Shown here: positions 7,935 through 15,557 of the stretch, in pieces
Layout: each line of letters begins with the position of its first letter
Position numbering within the stretch: the stretch's first letter is position 1
Assembly (NCBI GenBank): GCA_025700225.1
Contig: GCA_025700225.1_4339.1
Strand: one strand, 5' to 3'
Origin: a phage
Length of the DNA stretch: 44,937 bases
Program-made: the position numbers and the translations under genes
The notes under the pieces: model-generated
The model's input: only the letters and a program-made list of their open reading frames with translations
Database searches by the model: none
Told to the model about the DNA's origin: nothing

Positions 7935-8128
7935 GCGGTAAATTTAAAGAAGTTAGCGACGAACTGAAAGGTAATAAATACATGAACCACAGAGGTGAGA
8001 TAGTAGAAGTCCTGAATGTTACTACTTATGGCCGTGGTTACCATGTTATATACAGTTACACAGAGGCGTACAGCGTATACTGCGGTCTTGGTAAGTTTAG
8101 GAAAAGATATCCGATAAAAGTAGAGTAA
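7931..8128 (+). CDS. hypothetical protein
   Basis: 65-aa ORF, ATGA-coupled to primase/helicase. Confidence 0.5.
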   Translation: MSGKFKEVSDELKGNKYMNHRGEIVEVLNVTTYGRGYHVIYSYTEAYSVYCGLGKFRKRYPIKVE

Positions 8129-8152
8129 AAAGAAAGGGGCGTTAAGCCCCTT
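8121..8152 (-). terminator. hairpin terminator for the leftward XRE gene
   Basis: stem aaggggc/gcccctt; on the minus strand followed by TCTTTTTACT; XRE stop codon lies in the loop. Confidence 0.5.
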
Positions 8153-8366
8153 GAGTCTGGTCTCCGAAAGCCAACCACTCTGGTTTAACTTCGAGAACTT
8201 CCGCGAGTTTAAACAGAGTGGTTCGACGGACATCCTGAGTTACGCCGAGGGCCAGTTGATTAATTGCCCCCTGGGAAACGCCGACCAGAGTAGCTAAACG
8301 GCGCTGAGACAGGCCAAGCTCTTTACGGCGTTGCTCCATACGAGCGCCAATTGGTGACTGTTGCAT
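8142..8366 (-). CDS. XRE-family HTH transcriptional regulator (Cro/CI-like)
   Basis: 74 aa; LSQRRLATLVGVSQGAINQLA matches the XRE HTH pattern; AAGGAG RBS; lone opposite-strand gene inside the rightward operon. Confidence 0.8.
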   Translation of the reverse strand: MQQSPIGARMEQRRKELGLSQRRLATLVGVSQGAINQLALGVTQDVRRTTLFKLAEVLEVKPEWLAFGDQTQGA

Positions 8367-8387
8367 AATGATTACTCCTTAGCTGAT

Positions 8388-8415
8388 TGATATGTGAATA
8401 GTAGCATATTAATTT
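8388..8415 (-). promoter_or_regulatory. promoter-operator motif copy upstream of XRE gene
   Basis: gtGAATAGtagcATATTA 20-50 nt upstream of the XRE RBS. Confidence 0.4.
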
Positions 8416-8429
8416 TTTGATAAAAAGCG

Positions 8430-8458
8430 TTGACAGGTGAATAGTTGGCTATTATAGT
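8430..8458 (+). promoter_or_regulatory. consensus sigma70 promoter with embedded palindromic operator
   Basis: TTGACA-N17-TATAGT; spacer contains GAATAG-ttgg-CTATTA; divergent from the XRE gene. Confidence 0.7.
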
Positions 8459-8491
8459 TAGCTCATACCAAACGAGAGGAGAGAAAGAAAA

Positions 8492-8668
8492 ATGGCTAAG
8501 AGAAAAGATTACGACGCCAACTGGAAAGTATGGTTTCCTGATTTCATACTTGAGGGTCGTGGTAATGTTAAAGGTATGGTTGTGCAAGCATTTAGCTATA
8601 TACCAGAAAACATGCAGAAAGATATTTTGAAAGAACTTAAAACTATCTCAGAAGAGGAGAACAAATAA
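8492..8668 (+). CDS. small hypothetical protein (58 aa)
   Basis: ATG at 8492 preceded by AGGAGAGA, downstream of promoter 8430-8458; stop overlaps next ATG. Confidence 0.45.
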   Translation: MAKRKDYDANWKVWFPDFILEGRGNVKGMVVQAFSYIPENMQKDILKELKTISEEENK

Positions 8669-9198
8669 TGTTAGAGAAATTCTTAGTATTACTGGAACGT
8701 TTCGTAGTTGCACACGAACTGATTGCTGCTAACAGCGTTCGCCGTACGGAACTGCCGAAGGCCATTACTGCGCCGTATGGTAAAGGCGCCGCGCCGCTAG
8801 AAGTAGAGACGGTAGTGTATACCAAAGAGGCGGTAGCCGAGTGCGCTGAAGAAGCAACAAAAGAAATCCCGGTCGAAGGTGAAGACGTCGTTGATACTAA
8901 ACCGGCAGAGGAAGAGAAGCCAAAACGCAAGCCGCGTAAAGCTAAAGTAGAGGAACCTGCGCCAGAGCCGGAAGAAGAGAAGGAAGAAGTCGATTATCAG
9001 TCTCTGCGTGACCAGATTCAGGCTATCGACGATGCGATTAACGAAGGCCCGAGCGATGCCGCGTGTGATGATTCTGATGAACTGCTGGAAGAGTTCACCG
9101 GTAAGAAGATGAAGATTGCCGCGATTAAAGACGAAGACCTGGCTGAATACCTGGAACGTCTGACGGCGATTAAGAACAAGTATTTCGAAGAAGAATAA
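8668..9198 (+). CDS. highly acidic hypothetical protein
   Basis: 176 aa, strong excess of Asp/Glu (EEEKPKRKPRKAKVEEPAPEPEEEKEEVD...). Confidence 0.6.
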   Translation: MLEKFLVLLERFVVAHELIAANSVRRTELPKAITAPYGKGAAPLEVETVVYTKEAVAECAEEATKEIPVEGEDVVDTKPAEEEKPKRKPRKAKVEEPAPEPEEEKEEVDYQSLRDQIQAIDDAINEGPSDAACDDSDELLEEFTGKKMKIAAIKDEDLAEYLERLTAIKNKYFEEE

Positions 9199-9211
9199 CT
9201 ACTTAACTTAT

Positions 9212-9235
9212 GGTGCCCTCAGTAGCGAGGGCACC
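9212..9235 (+). other. 9-bp GC stem-loop (attenuator-like, no T-run)
   Basis: ggtgccctc-agtagc-gagggcacc directly upstream of the conserved GAGGGTCGGAAA initiation region. Confidence 0.4.
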
Positions 9236-9253
9236 AAACTGAGGGTCGGAAAC

Positions 9254-9490
9254 ATGATTATTAAAGATATCAACAACGATGAAGCCAGAGTTAGCCTTGA
9301 GGTTCGCAACACGATACAGGGAAAGCAGAAAAGAGTAACCCTAGATTTCGACCCTGCGGATGAGATGAACGGGCTGTCGTTCATGGAATATACGCCTGAT
9401 ATGGCGCGCGAACTTGCTAAAGCACTTATTTCCGCCGCAGATGAAGCGGAGGCTATGCTGGACGAACTTGACTTTTATAGTTTTGAATGA
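9254..9490 (+). CDS. acidic hypothetical protein
   Basis: 78 aa; conserved initiation region GAGGGTCGGAAACATGATT. Confidence 0.55.
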   Translation: MIIKDINNDEARVSLEVRNTIQGKQKRVTLDFDPADEMNGLSFMEYTPDMARELAKALISAADEAEAMLDELDFYSFE

Positions 9491-9501
9491 GGGTCGGAAA
9501 T

Positions 9502-9774
9502 ATGATTTACCAACTATATCGCGCTGTAGACAGGCGGGATAACACAGAGGCGCTATGGCTGTTACGTGCCCCGTCCGGCGCGCACCAGATGGACGAGATG
9601 GCGTACTTAGGCAAAGTACCACGGCCTAAAGATATAGGCCGTCACGTGTCGCAGATTAAGCGCACGACTTTCGCCAAACCTGACTTTTATGTCTTCGAGT
9701 CGATGTATGGGTGGGCTATGCATTGCCAGCACCAGACCAGACATTTAATTGACCAGTGGGAGAACAGGGTATGA
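9502..9774 (+). CDS. hypothetical protein
   Basis: ATG at 9502 preceded by GAGGGTCGGAAAT; track ORF extends to 9487. Confidence 0.5.
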   Translation: MIYQLYRAVDRRDNTEALWLLRAPSGAHQMDEMAYLGKVPRPKDIGRHVSQIKRTTFAKPDFYVFESMYGWAMHCQHQTRHLIDQWENRV

Positions 9775-10115
9775 CTGATAAATGGTGGCTTAATTTGCGC
9801 AGCGGTGACAAAGTTTACACCGTCGGCGACCGCAGAAAGAACAGTGGTGCAGCTACTGTGCTGCAAAACGGTAGAAAGTACATCCACATTGCGCATGAAG
9901 CTCGCGTGCTACGTGTGAATAAATCGTCTGGCAGACTTGAGGATTACCCGAAAACATTAATATACAAAAGTGAAAAGCATCACATGTCTGCTGTTGACGC
10001 AAGACGTAAGTTCGCGGGGATGCTGCAACAGTTAAGCGACTTACATCGCGATGATTCTTTCATACCAACAGAAGAACAGTTACAGGCATTAAACTTGTAT
10101 TTGGAGAGTTTATGA
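9771..10115 (+). CDS. hypothetical protein
   Basis: ATG at 9771 overlapping upstream stop (ATGA); 114 aa. Confidence 0.5.
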   Translation: MTDKWWLNLRSGDKVYTVGDRRKNSGAATVLQNGRKYIHIAHEARVLRVNKSSGRLEDYPKTLIYKSEKHHMSAVDARRKFAGMLQQLSDLHRDDSFIPTEEQLQALNLYLESL

Positions 10116-11356
10116 TGATTCTAAAAGAACGCGGCGGCAATAACGACGTACACGCCCTGCTGTCGCCGTCAGGTGCTAAAAAGTGGCTGGCGTGCAGCGC
10201 TTCGTTAGCCTGTGAAAAAGATATCCCGAACACGTCCGGTAAAGCTGCCGTATTAGGCACGGCTATGCACACAATATCTGAGATTCACTTGAATCAGTAC
10301 ATCAAGGGCACTGCGCTACCGTTAGAGCGTGAAGTCGGTGCTTACGTGCTGGATGAGGGTAAAGGCCAGATTAAGGCACTAATCAGCCCGATGAAAGGCG
10401 CGGTACTGATTACGGCGGATATGATTGAGCAGGTTCGCAAGTACACAGACTACTGCAAAGCTATTATCGATGTAGCGACTTACGCCAAGCTGGAAATGCG
10501 CGTCAATCTTACTGAGGTATTGCATCCTGGCTACGAAGGTGTCGAGACGTTCGGGACTGCTGACCTTGTTGCCGTACAGGAACTGGCTAACACCGACGAG
10601 TACATGCTCATTATCGGAGACCTGAAAACTGGACGGCATCGTGTTGAAGCGAAAGAAAACAAGCAGCTTATGCTTTACGCTCTCGGTGTTTATCGCCGAC
10701 TCAAGAGACGTTATAGCATCACCGTGGTTCGTCTGGTCATCTTCCAGCCGTATGCTGGCGGTGCGTCGGAGTGGGACATATCGGTTGAAGGTCTGGAACT
10801 GTTCGCTAAGTTCGCGCAGAAACGTGCGCTGTTAGCTCTTGATGCGTATTTCCGTGGCAAGAAGAACCTGAAAGCGTCAGACTTCAAACCGTCGGTGGAC
10901 GGTTGCCAGTGGTGCCGGTTCTCTGAACAGTGCGCTGCGCGTACAAAGACGGTTAATTCTGTACTGGCAGAAGAACTGGATGGCGACTTCGCGCTGGAAC
11001 TGACGCCAGAGCAACTTGTAGCTGAATATGAGAAGTTGCCGTTGTTGCGCCAGCATATCGACAAGGTAGAAAAAGCGATGTCTGCCGCGTTGCATTACGG
11101 TAAGAAAGTGCCGGGATACAAGTTGGTGGAAGGCCGTCCGGGTAATCGTGCGTGGAAAGACGCCGACAAGGTGGCTGAGAAATACGGCGACAAGCTGACT
11201 AAAGAAGTGCTCATGACGCCGACCGAAGCGGTTAAGGTTATCCCGGAAGAAGAACTGAAAGACTTCATCACACGTAAGCCAGGTTCACCATGTGTAGCAA
11301 CGGTAGACGACAAACGGCCTGAGTGGAATCAGGTAACAGAGGAGGATTTAGAATGA
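10112..11356 (+). CDS. PD-(D/E)XK exonuclease, Cas4/RecB-like with Fe-S Cys cluster
   Basis: 414 aa; N-terminal LACSASLAC and C-terminal CQWCRFSEQC (CX2CX5C) as in Cas4/AddB nucleases; replication-module context. Confidence 0.75.
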   Translation: MMILKERGGNNDVHALLSPSGAKKWLACSASLACEKDIPNTSGKAAVLGTAMHTISEIHLNQYIKGTALPLEREVGAYVLDEGKGQIKALISPMKGAVLITADMIEQVRKYTDYCKAIIDVATYAKLEMRVNLTEVLHPGYEGVETFGTADLVAVQELANTDEYMLIIGDLKTGRHRVEAKENKQLMLYALGVYRRLKRRYSITVVRLVIFQPYAGGASEWDISVEGLELFAKFAQKRALLALDAYFRGKKNLKASDFKPSVDGCQWCRFSEQCAARTKTVNSVLAEELDGDFALELTPEQLVAEYEKLPLLRQHIDKVEKAMSAALHYGKKVPGYKLVEGRPGNRAWKDADKVAEKYGDKLTKEVLMTPTEAVKVIPEEELKDFITRKPGSPCVATVDDKRPEWNQVTEEDLE

Positions 11357-11604
11357 TTCGTAAAATGTTCAGAGTACTTGGCGGGTTTGTAGCGTGTATT
11401 GTTTTCTGGGTTCTTATGCTTCCTCTGACGATACCAACATTTGTCTTAATGTGCCTTACGGTGTGTATAACGCAAACACGTGACATTGAAGCCATCCTGA
11501 ATGACAAATCGTGGAAGACACAGGCGCTTCGTTCCATAAACAACATGAAATGGCCAAACAAGTATATTGAGATAGTTGAGAAAATAACTGGCTGGAAGTG
11601 TTGA
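11353..11604 (+). CDS. small membrane protein (two predicted TM helices)
   Basis: ATG at 11353 coupled to upstream stop; hydrophobic VLGGFVACIVFWVLMLPLTIPTFVLMCLTVCI. Confidence 0.5.
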   Translation: MIRKMFRVLGGFVACIVFWVLMLPLTIPTFVLMCLTVCITQTRDIEAILNDKSWKTQALRSINNMKWPNKYIEIVEKITGWKC

Positions 11605-11629
11605 CACCTGAATAGTTAGCTATTATAGT
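11601..11629 (+). promoter_or_regulatory. consensus sigma70 promoter with embedded palindromic operator
   Basis: TTGACA-N17-TATAGT with GAATAG-ttag-CTATTA in the spacer; 55 nt upstream of the SSB-like gene. Confidence 0.7.
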
Positions 11630-11686
11630 TCTAATCACTGGCCGGGCAGCTTCCCGGAGTAAACTGAAAAACTGAGGAATCGAGAG

Positions 11687-12316
11687 ATGGGTATTAAGCT
11701 GAATCTGCGTAAAGTAAACACTGCTTGGGTTAACGTATTCGAACGCGAAAAAGACCGTGAAAACGACGATGGCTCTATCACTAAAGGTCAGTACAGCGCA
11801 ACTATCATCATGCCGTCTGACCATGCGCAAATCGACGAAATGTACGACACCGTTTACGCTGTAGTTGAAGAGGCGTTGGGTGCAGCCGCTGCCGAGAAAT
11901 GGATGAAGTCCAACTACGGCGAAGGTAAGCACATGGATAAATGCGCGATTAAAGACATTGCCGAGCGCGACAATCCGTTTGAAGACTTCCCGGAAGGCTT
12001 CTACTTCAAAGCGAAGGCACAGAAACAGCCGCTGATTGTAACCTCTAAAAAAGGTGAGACTCAGGTAGAGCAGGACTTCAACGTAGACGGCGAGCAGATT
12101 GAAGGCGAACAGGTTTACAGCGGCTGCGTCGCTAACGTTAGCGTTGAAATCTGGTTCAGCCAGAAATACAAAGTCCTCGGCGTTAACCTGCTGGCGATTA
12201 AATATGTTGGCGAAGGTAAAGCGTTTGGTGGTTCTAAAGTTGCAGCCAGCGTCAATGACCTGGAAGACGACGAAGAAGATGAAGCACCGCGCCGCGAACG
12301 TCGTCGCCGTGGTTAA
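11687..12316 (+). CDS. phage ssDNA-binding protein (DUF2815-like) with acidic tail
   Basis: 209 aa; acidic C-terminal tail DLEDDEEDEAP typical of SSBs; precedes DNA polymerase. Confidence 0.7.
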   Translation: MGIKLNLRKVNTAWVNVFEREKDRENDDGSITKGQYSATIIMPSDHAQIDEMYDTVYAVVEEALGAAAAEKWMKSNYGEGKHMDKCAIKDIAERDNPFEDFPEGFYFKAKAQKQPLIVTSKKGETQVEQDFNVDGEQIEGEQVYSGCVANVSVEIWFSQKYKVLGVNLLAIKYVGEGKAFGGSKVAASVNDLEDDEEDEAPRRERRRRG

Positions 12317-12335
12317 TATCTGAATATGTTTAATT

Positions 12336-12358
12336 AAGGCCCTTTATTGGGCCTTTTT
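12336..12358 (+). terminator. intrinsic terminator after SSB-like gene
   Basis: stem aaggccc/gggcctt followed by TTTTT. Confidence 0.7.
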
Positions 12359-12374
12359 ACTAAGGGTCGAAATA

Positions 12375-12518
12375 ATGATTTTCTGTAAGCACGTATACCG
12401 CTATATAAAACCGCTTCCGTGGTACGCGGATGAGTACCGGCATGTGTGGATTTGCCGTGATTGTATGAAAATAAGATTCAGCGAAACGAAGGCACTGGAT
12501 TTAAGGAAAAAGAAATGA
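12375..12518 (+). CDS. small basic hypothetical protein (47 aa)
   Basis: ATG preceded by AAGGGTCGAAATA motif; stop overlaps DNA polymerase ATG (ATGA). Confidence 0.35.
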   Translation: MIFCKHVYRYIKPLPWYADEYRHVWICRDCMKIRFSETKALDLRKKK

Positions 12519-14698
12519 ACCGCTACTTATACTTAGACTTTGAAACCTTCTCCGAAGCCGATTTGAAGAAAGTCGGTTCTTATGCTTACGCCGAACATCC
12601 GACTACCGAAGTGCTTATCTGCACCTATGCCTTTGATGATGAACCGGTTCAGGTATGGGACTGCACTGACGGCAGCGATATGCCGGGAGATTTGCACCGC
12701 GCGTTACGCCGTCTGGTGAAGCCAAACAGCCGTATCAAGATGGTCTGGCACAACGGCTCAATGTTCGACCGCCTCATCATGAAGAACTGCTGGGGCTTTG
12801 ATATCCCGGTCAGCAATACCATCGATACGATGATTTGGGCGTTTCGTCACGCGCTGCCAGGTTCACTTGACGCATTGTGCGAAGTGCTGGGTGTATCCGC
12901 CGACAATGCGAAAGATAAACGCGGCAAGGCGCTGATTCAGCGTTTCTCAAAACCTACGCCGAAGAACTACAAAATCCGCCGCTACACCGCCGAAACACAC
13001 CCGGACGAGTGGGCGCTGTTCATCAAGTACGCCGTGAGCGACATCACCGCGATGCGTGAAGTCTTTCATAAGCTGCCGCGTTGGGGTAACTCCGAGTTCG
13101 AGGACCGCGTACTGGAACTGGACCAGTTAATCAATGACCGCGGGTTTAAGGTTGACGTTGCACTGGCGGAAGCCGCGATTGAAGCCGTAGAGAAACACAA
13201 GGCGCAGTTGCAGGAAGAAGCTCAGCGTAAATACGGCGGCTCACTTACCGGTAAAGACTTCCTGCCGATTCTGCGTGAACTGGCTCCTGCGCATCGCATA
13301 CACAACGCGCAGAAGTCGACGCTTAACGACCTGCTGGCGGACGAGGATTTACCGGACGACGCGCGCACGATTATCGAAATGCGCCTCGGGGCTGCGTCTA
13401 CCGCGTCAACGAAATATAACCCGCTGCTGTTAGGTCGCTCGTCGGACGACCGCCGCCGCGGTTGCATCCAGTACGGCGGAGCTAAGCGTACATTACGATT
13501 CGCCGGTAAAGGCTTCCAGCCGCAGAACCTGGCGCGCGGGTACTATCATGACGATGAGCTGGATAAAGGGATTTCTGCGTTGCTGAAAGGACGTGCTCAT
13601 CGTCGGTTTGATGTAGCCAAGCTAACGGCGTCAACAGTGCGTAGCTGCATCATCCCGGAAGCCGGGCATAAGTTTGTTGTTGCCGATTACTCTAACGTGG
13701 AAGGCCGTGGCCTGGCGTGGTTGGCGGGCGAAGAAACCGCGCTTGATACGTTCCGCGCCGGGCTGGATATTTACTGCGTAACGGCTGGCAAGATGTTTGG
13801 CCTGGAACCAGATTACATTAAGAAAGAACGTAAAGACTTACGCCAGATTGGTAAAGCCTGCGAATTGGGCCTTGGGTACGCTGGGGGTGTCGGGGCTTTC
13901 GTTCAGTTCGCCAAGAACCTCGGCCTTGACCTCGTAGACATGGCTAAGACAATGGCGGGTACATTCCCCGACCATATCTGGGCCGCTACGGCACGGGGTT
14001 ACGAGTGGGCTCGTATTCAGGAAGCTAAGCGCCCCCCGCGTCCGGGTGAAAAGGACGACAGACCATCATATATCCTTGATAAGAAAGTCTGGCGTACATG
14101 CGACGCGATTAAGCGTATGTGGCGTGAGTCTCACCCGGAAACAGTAGCTTTCTGGCGAGATATTGAAGACGCGGCTATGGCAGCTATCCGCAATCCAGGT
14201 AAAGAGTTCACCGCAGGGCCGCGCGGTGTTAAGTTTTCGCGTAACGTAGAAACAGACAACAACGGCAACAAAGTCGCCGGTTGGTGGCTGCGCATGACGT
14301 TGCCGTCCGGTCGCGTTATGTCTTACCCGGGTGTAGGATTGAGCGTGTCGAAAGAGACAGACGAAGACGGGAAGGTGTCTACTAACGTGCGCATCAAGTA
14401 CCAGGGTGAAAACCAGTTAACCCGTCAGTGGGGCTTCCAGTACACCTACTCCGGTAAACTCGTGGAAAACTGTACGCAGGCGCTGTGCCGTGATTTGCTG
14501 GCCAATGCGCTGCTGAACGTAGAGGCAAACGGCTACCCGATTGTACTTCACGTACACGATGAGATTATCTGCGAGACGCCAGATTTACCGGAATACAATG
14601 TCACAGAGCTTGAGCGGTTGATGTGTTCGCTGCCTGAGTGGGCTGAGGGGTTCCCTCTTGTGGCAGAAGGTGCGGAGATGAAGCGTTATGCTAAGTAA
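12515..14698 (+). CDS. family A DNA polymerase with N-terminal 3'-5' exonuclease domain
   Basis: about 727 aa; DnaQ-like Exo I motif YLDFETFS; polymerase motifs C-terminal (VHDEIICE); start taken at ATG 12515 with AAGGA RBS (track ORF begins at 12461). Confidence 0.88.
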   Translation: MNRYLYLDFETFSEADLKKVGSYAYAEHPTTEVLICTYAFDDEPVQVWDCTDGSDMPGDLHRALRRLVKPNSRIKMVWHNGSMFDRLIMKNCWGFDIPVSNTIDTMIWAFRHALPGSLDALCEVLGVSADNAKDKRGKALIQRFSKPTPKNYKIRRYTAETHPDEWALFIKYAVSDITAMREVFHKLPRWGNSEFEDRVLELDQLINDRGFKVDVALAEAAIEAVEKHKAQLQEEAQRKYGGSLTGKDFLPILRELAPAHRIHNAQKSTLNDLLADEDLPDDARTIIEMRLGAASTASTKYNPLLLGRSSDDRRRGCIQYGGAKRTLRFAGKGFQPQNLARGYYHDDELDKGISALLKGRAHRRFDVAKLTASTVRSCIIPEAGHKFVVADYSNVEGRGLAWLAGEETALDTFRAGLDIYCVTAGKMFGLEPDYIKKERKDLRQIGKACELGLGYAGGVGAFVQFAKNLGLDLVDMAKTMAGTFPDHIWAATARGYEWARIQEAKRPPRPGEKDDRPSYILDKKVWRTCDAIKRMWRESHPETVAFWRDIEDAAMAAIRNPGKEFTAGPRGVKFSRNVETDNNGNKVAGWWLRMTLPSGRVMSYPGVGLSVSKETDEDGKVSTNVRIKYQGENQLTRQWGFQYTYSGKLVENCTQALCRDLLANALLNVEANGYPIVLHVHDEIICETPDLPEYNVTELERLMCSLPEWAEGFPLVAEGAEMKRYAK

Positions 14699-14819
14699 AC
14701 TGATTATCGCGGTACTGGCGGGATTCGCCGCCGGTGTCTATTGTCACGAGGGGCAATACGGCATGATTGTCGCCGTATTGGGTATGTTAGTAGCAATTTA
14801 TCTGTGGGTGCTGGAATGA
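14688..14819 (+). CDS. tiny membrane protein (43 aa)
   Basis: ATG overlapping end of polymerase gene; hydrophobic; first of three ATGA-chained mini-ORFs. Confidence 0.25.
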   Translation: MLSKLIIAVLAGFAAGVYCHEGQYGMIVAVLGMLVAIYLWVLE

Positions 14820-14905
14820 AAATTTACTGGTTATACGAAGAAGACTGCCGAATCTGTCCGCGCTGCGGGATTGAGCATACGAAACGTGAGGGGTGTGTAT
14901 TATGA
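14816..14905 (+). CDS. tiny Cys-rich peptide (29 aa)
   Basis: CRICPRCG motif; ATGA-chained. Confidence 0.2.
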   Translation: MKIYWLYEEDCRICPRCGIEHTKREGCVL

Positions 14906-15054
14906 CAATGTTTGTATTTTGGACGATAGTAACCATGCTCGCACTGTTACTCGGTGCAGGAATAGCCGCGGTGTTCTGTTATGGCCTGTTCTTTAAGTTT
15001 GTCGGTGTTGCCGTTCTAGGAGGGGCTTTCCTTACTTGGGTTCTGCGATCATGA
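14902..15054 (+). CDS. tiny membrane protein (50 aa)
   Basis: hydrophobic throughout; ATGA-chained to the VRR-NUC gene. Confidence 0.25.
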   Translation: MTMFVFWTIVTMLALLLGAGIAAVFCYGLFFKFVGVAVLGGAFLTWVLRS

Positions 15055-15335
15055 CCCCGGAAGGCAAAATACAGAAATACGCGAAAGAGCGATTCGAGGC
15101 CCTCGGAGGCCTCGTTAGAAAATTGTCGTACGAAAATAGAGTAGGCGCCCCCGACCTGTTAGTAATCCTCCCCGGCGGCATCATCTGGTTCGTCGAGGTG
15201 AAGAAAGACGAAAATACGAAGCCAGACCCGCACCAGCTACGTGAGCACGAACGGCTGCGTAAACGCGGTGCAAATGTTTTTGTCGTTGGCTCGTTTAAAC
15301 AGGTTGACGACCTAATAGCAAACTATTATAGTTAG
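15051..15335 (+). CDS. VRR-NUC domain nuclease (PD-(D/E)XK)
   Basis: about 94 aa; GAPDLLVILPGG...FVEVKKDE carries the D...EVK signature; frequent partner of SNF2 helicases in phages. Confidence 0.75.
   Translation: MTPEGKIQKYAKERFEALGGLVRKLSYENRVGAPDLLVILPGGIIWFVEVKKDENTKPDPHQLREHERLRKRGANVFVVGSFKQVDDLIANYYS
15304..15332 (+). promoter_or_regulatory. consensus-like sigma70 promoter with perfect palindrome TAATAG-N4-CTATTA
   Basis: TTGACG-N17-TATAGT inside the 3' end of the VRR-NUC gene, 35 nt upstream of the next gene. Confidence 0.55.
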
Positions 15336-15365
15336 TCCTACACCAACAATATAAGGAATTGATAA

Positions 15366-15557
15366 ATGAAACACGAATATGACCGCAAGCCCGCACGTGA
15401 CATCGTACCTGGGGACATGATTTTCAACGTTAAGACGCGCCAGCCTGTTGCCGTTGATACCGTGTTCGTCGAGTCGAACGGTAAACTGGTTATCGAGGAC
15501 GTAACAGGTAACGTTACGGCGTTCGGGCGTAAAGAACTGGTGCTGGTGGCAAAATGA
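15366..15557 (+). CDS. hypothetical protein
   Basis: 63-aa ORF with RBS AAGGA. Confidence 0.5.
   Translation: MKHEYDRKPARDIVPGDMIFNVKTRQPVAVDTVFVESNGKLVIEDVTGNVTAFGRKELVLVAK

Noticed and set aside
6998-8233. 411-aa ORF on the minus strand
   Set aside because: Lies entirely antisense to the primase/helicase gene, is Ser-rich and low-complexity, and has no RBS; taken as an antisense artefact.
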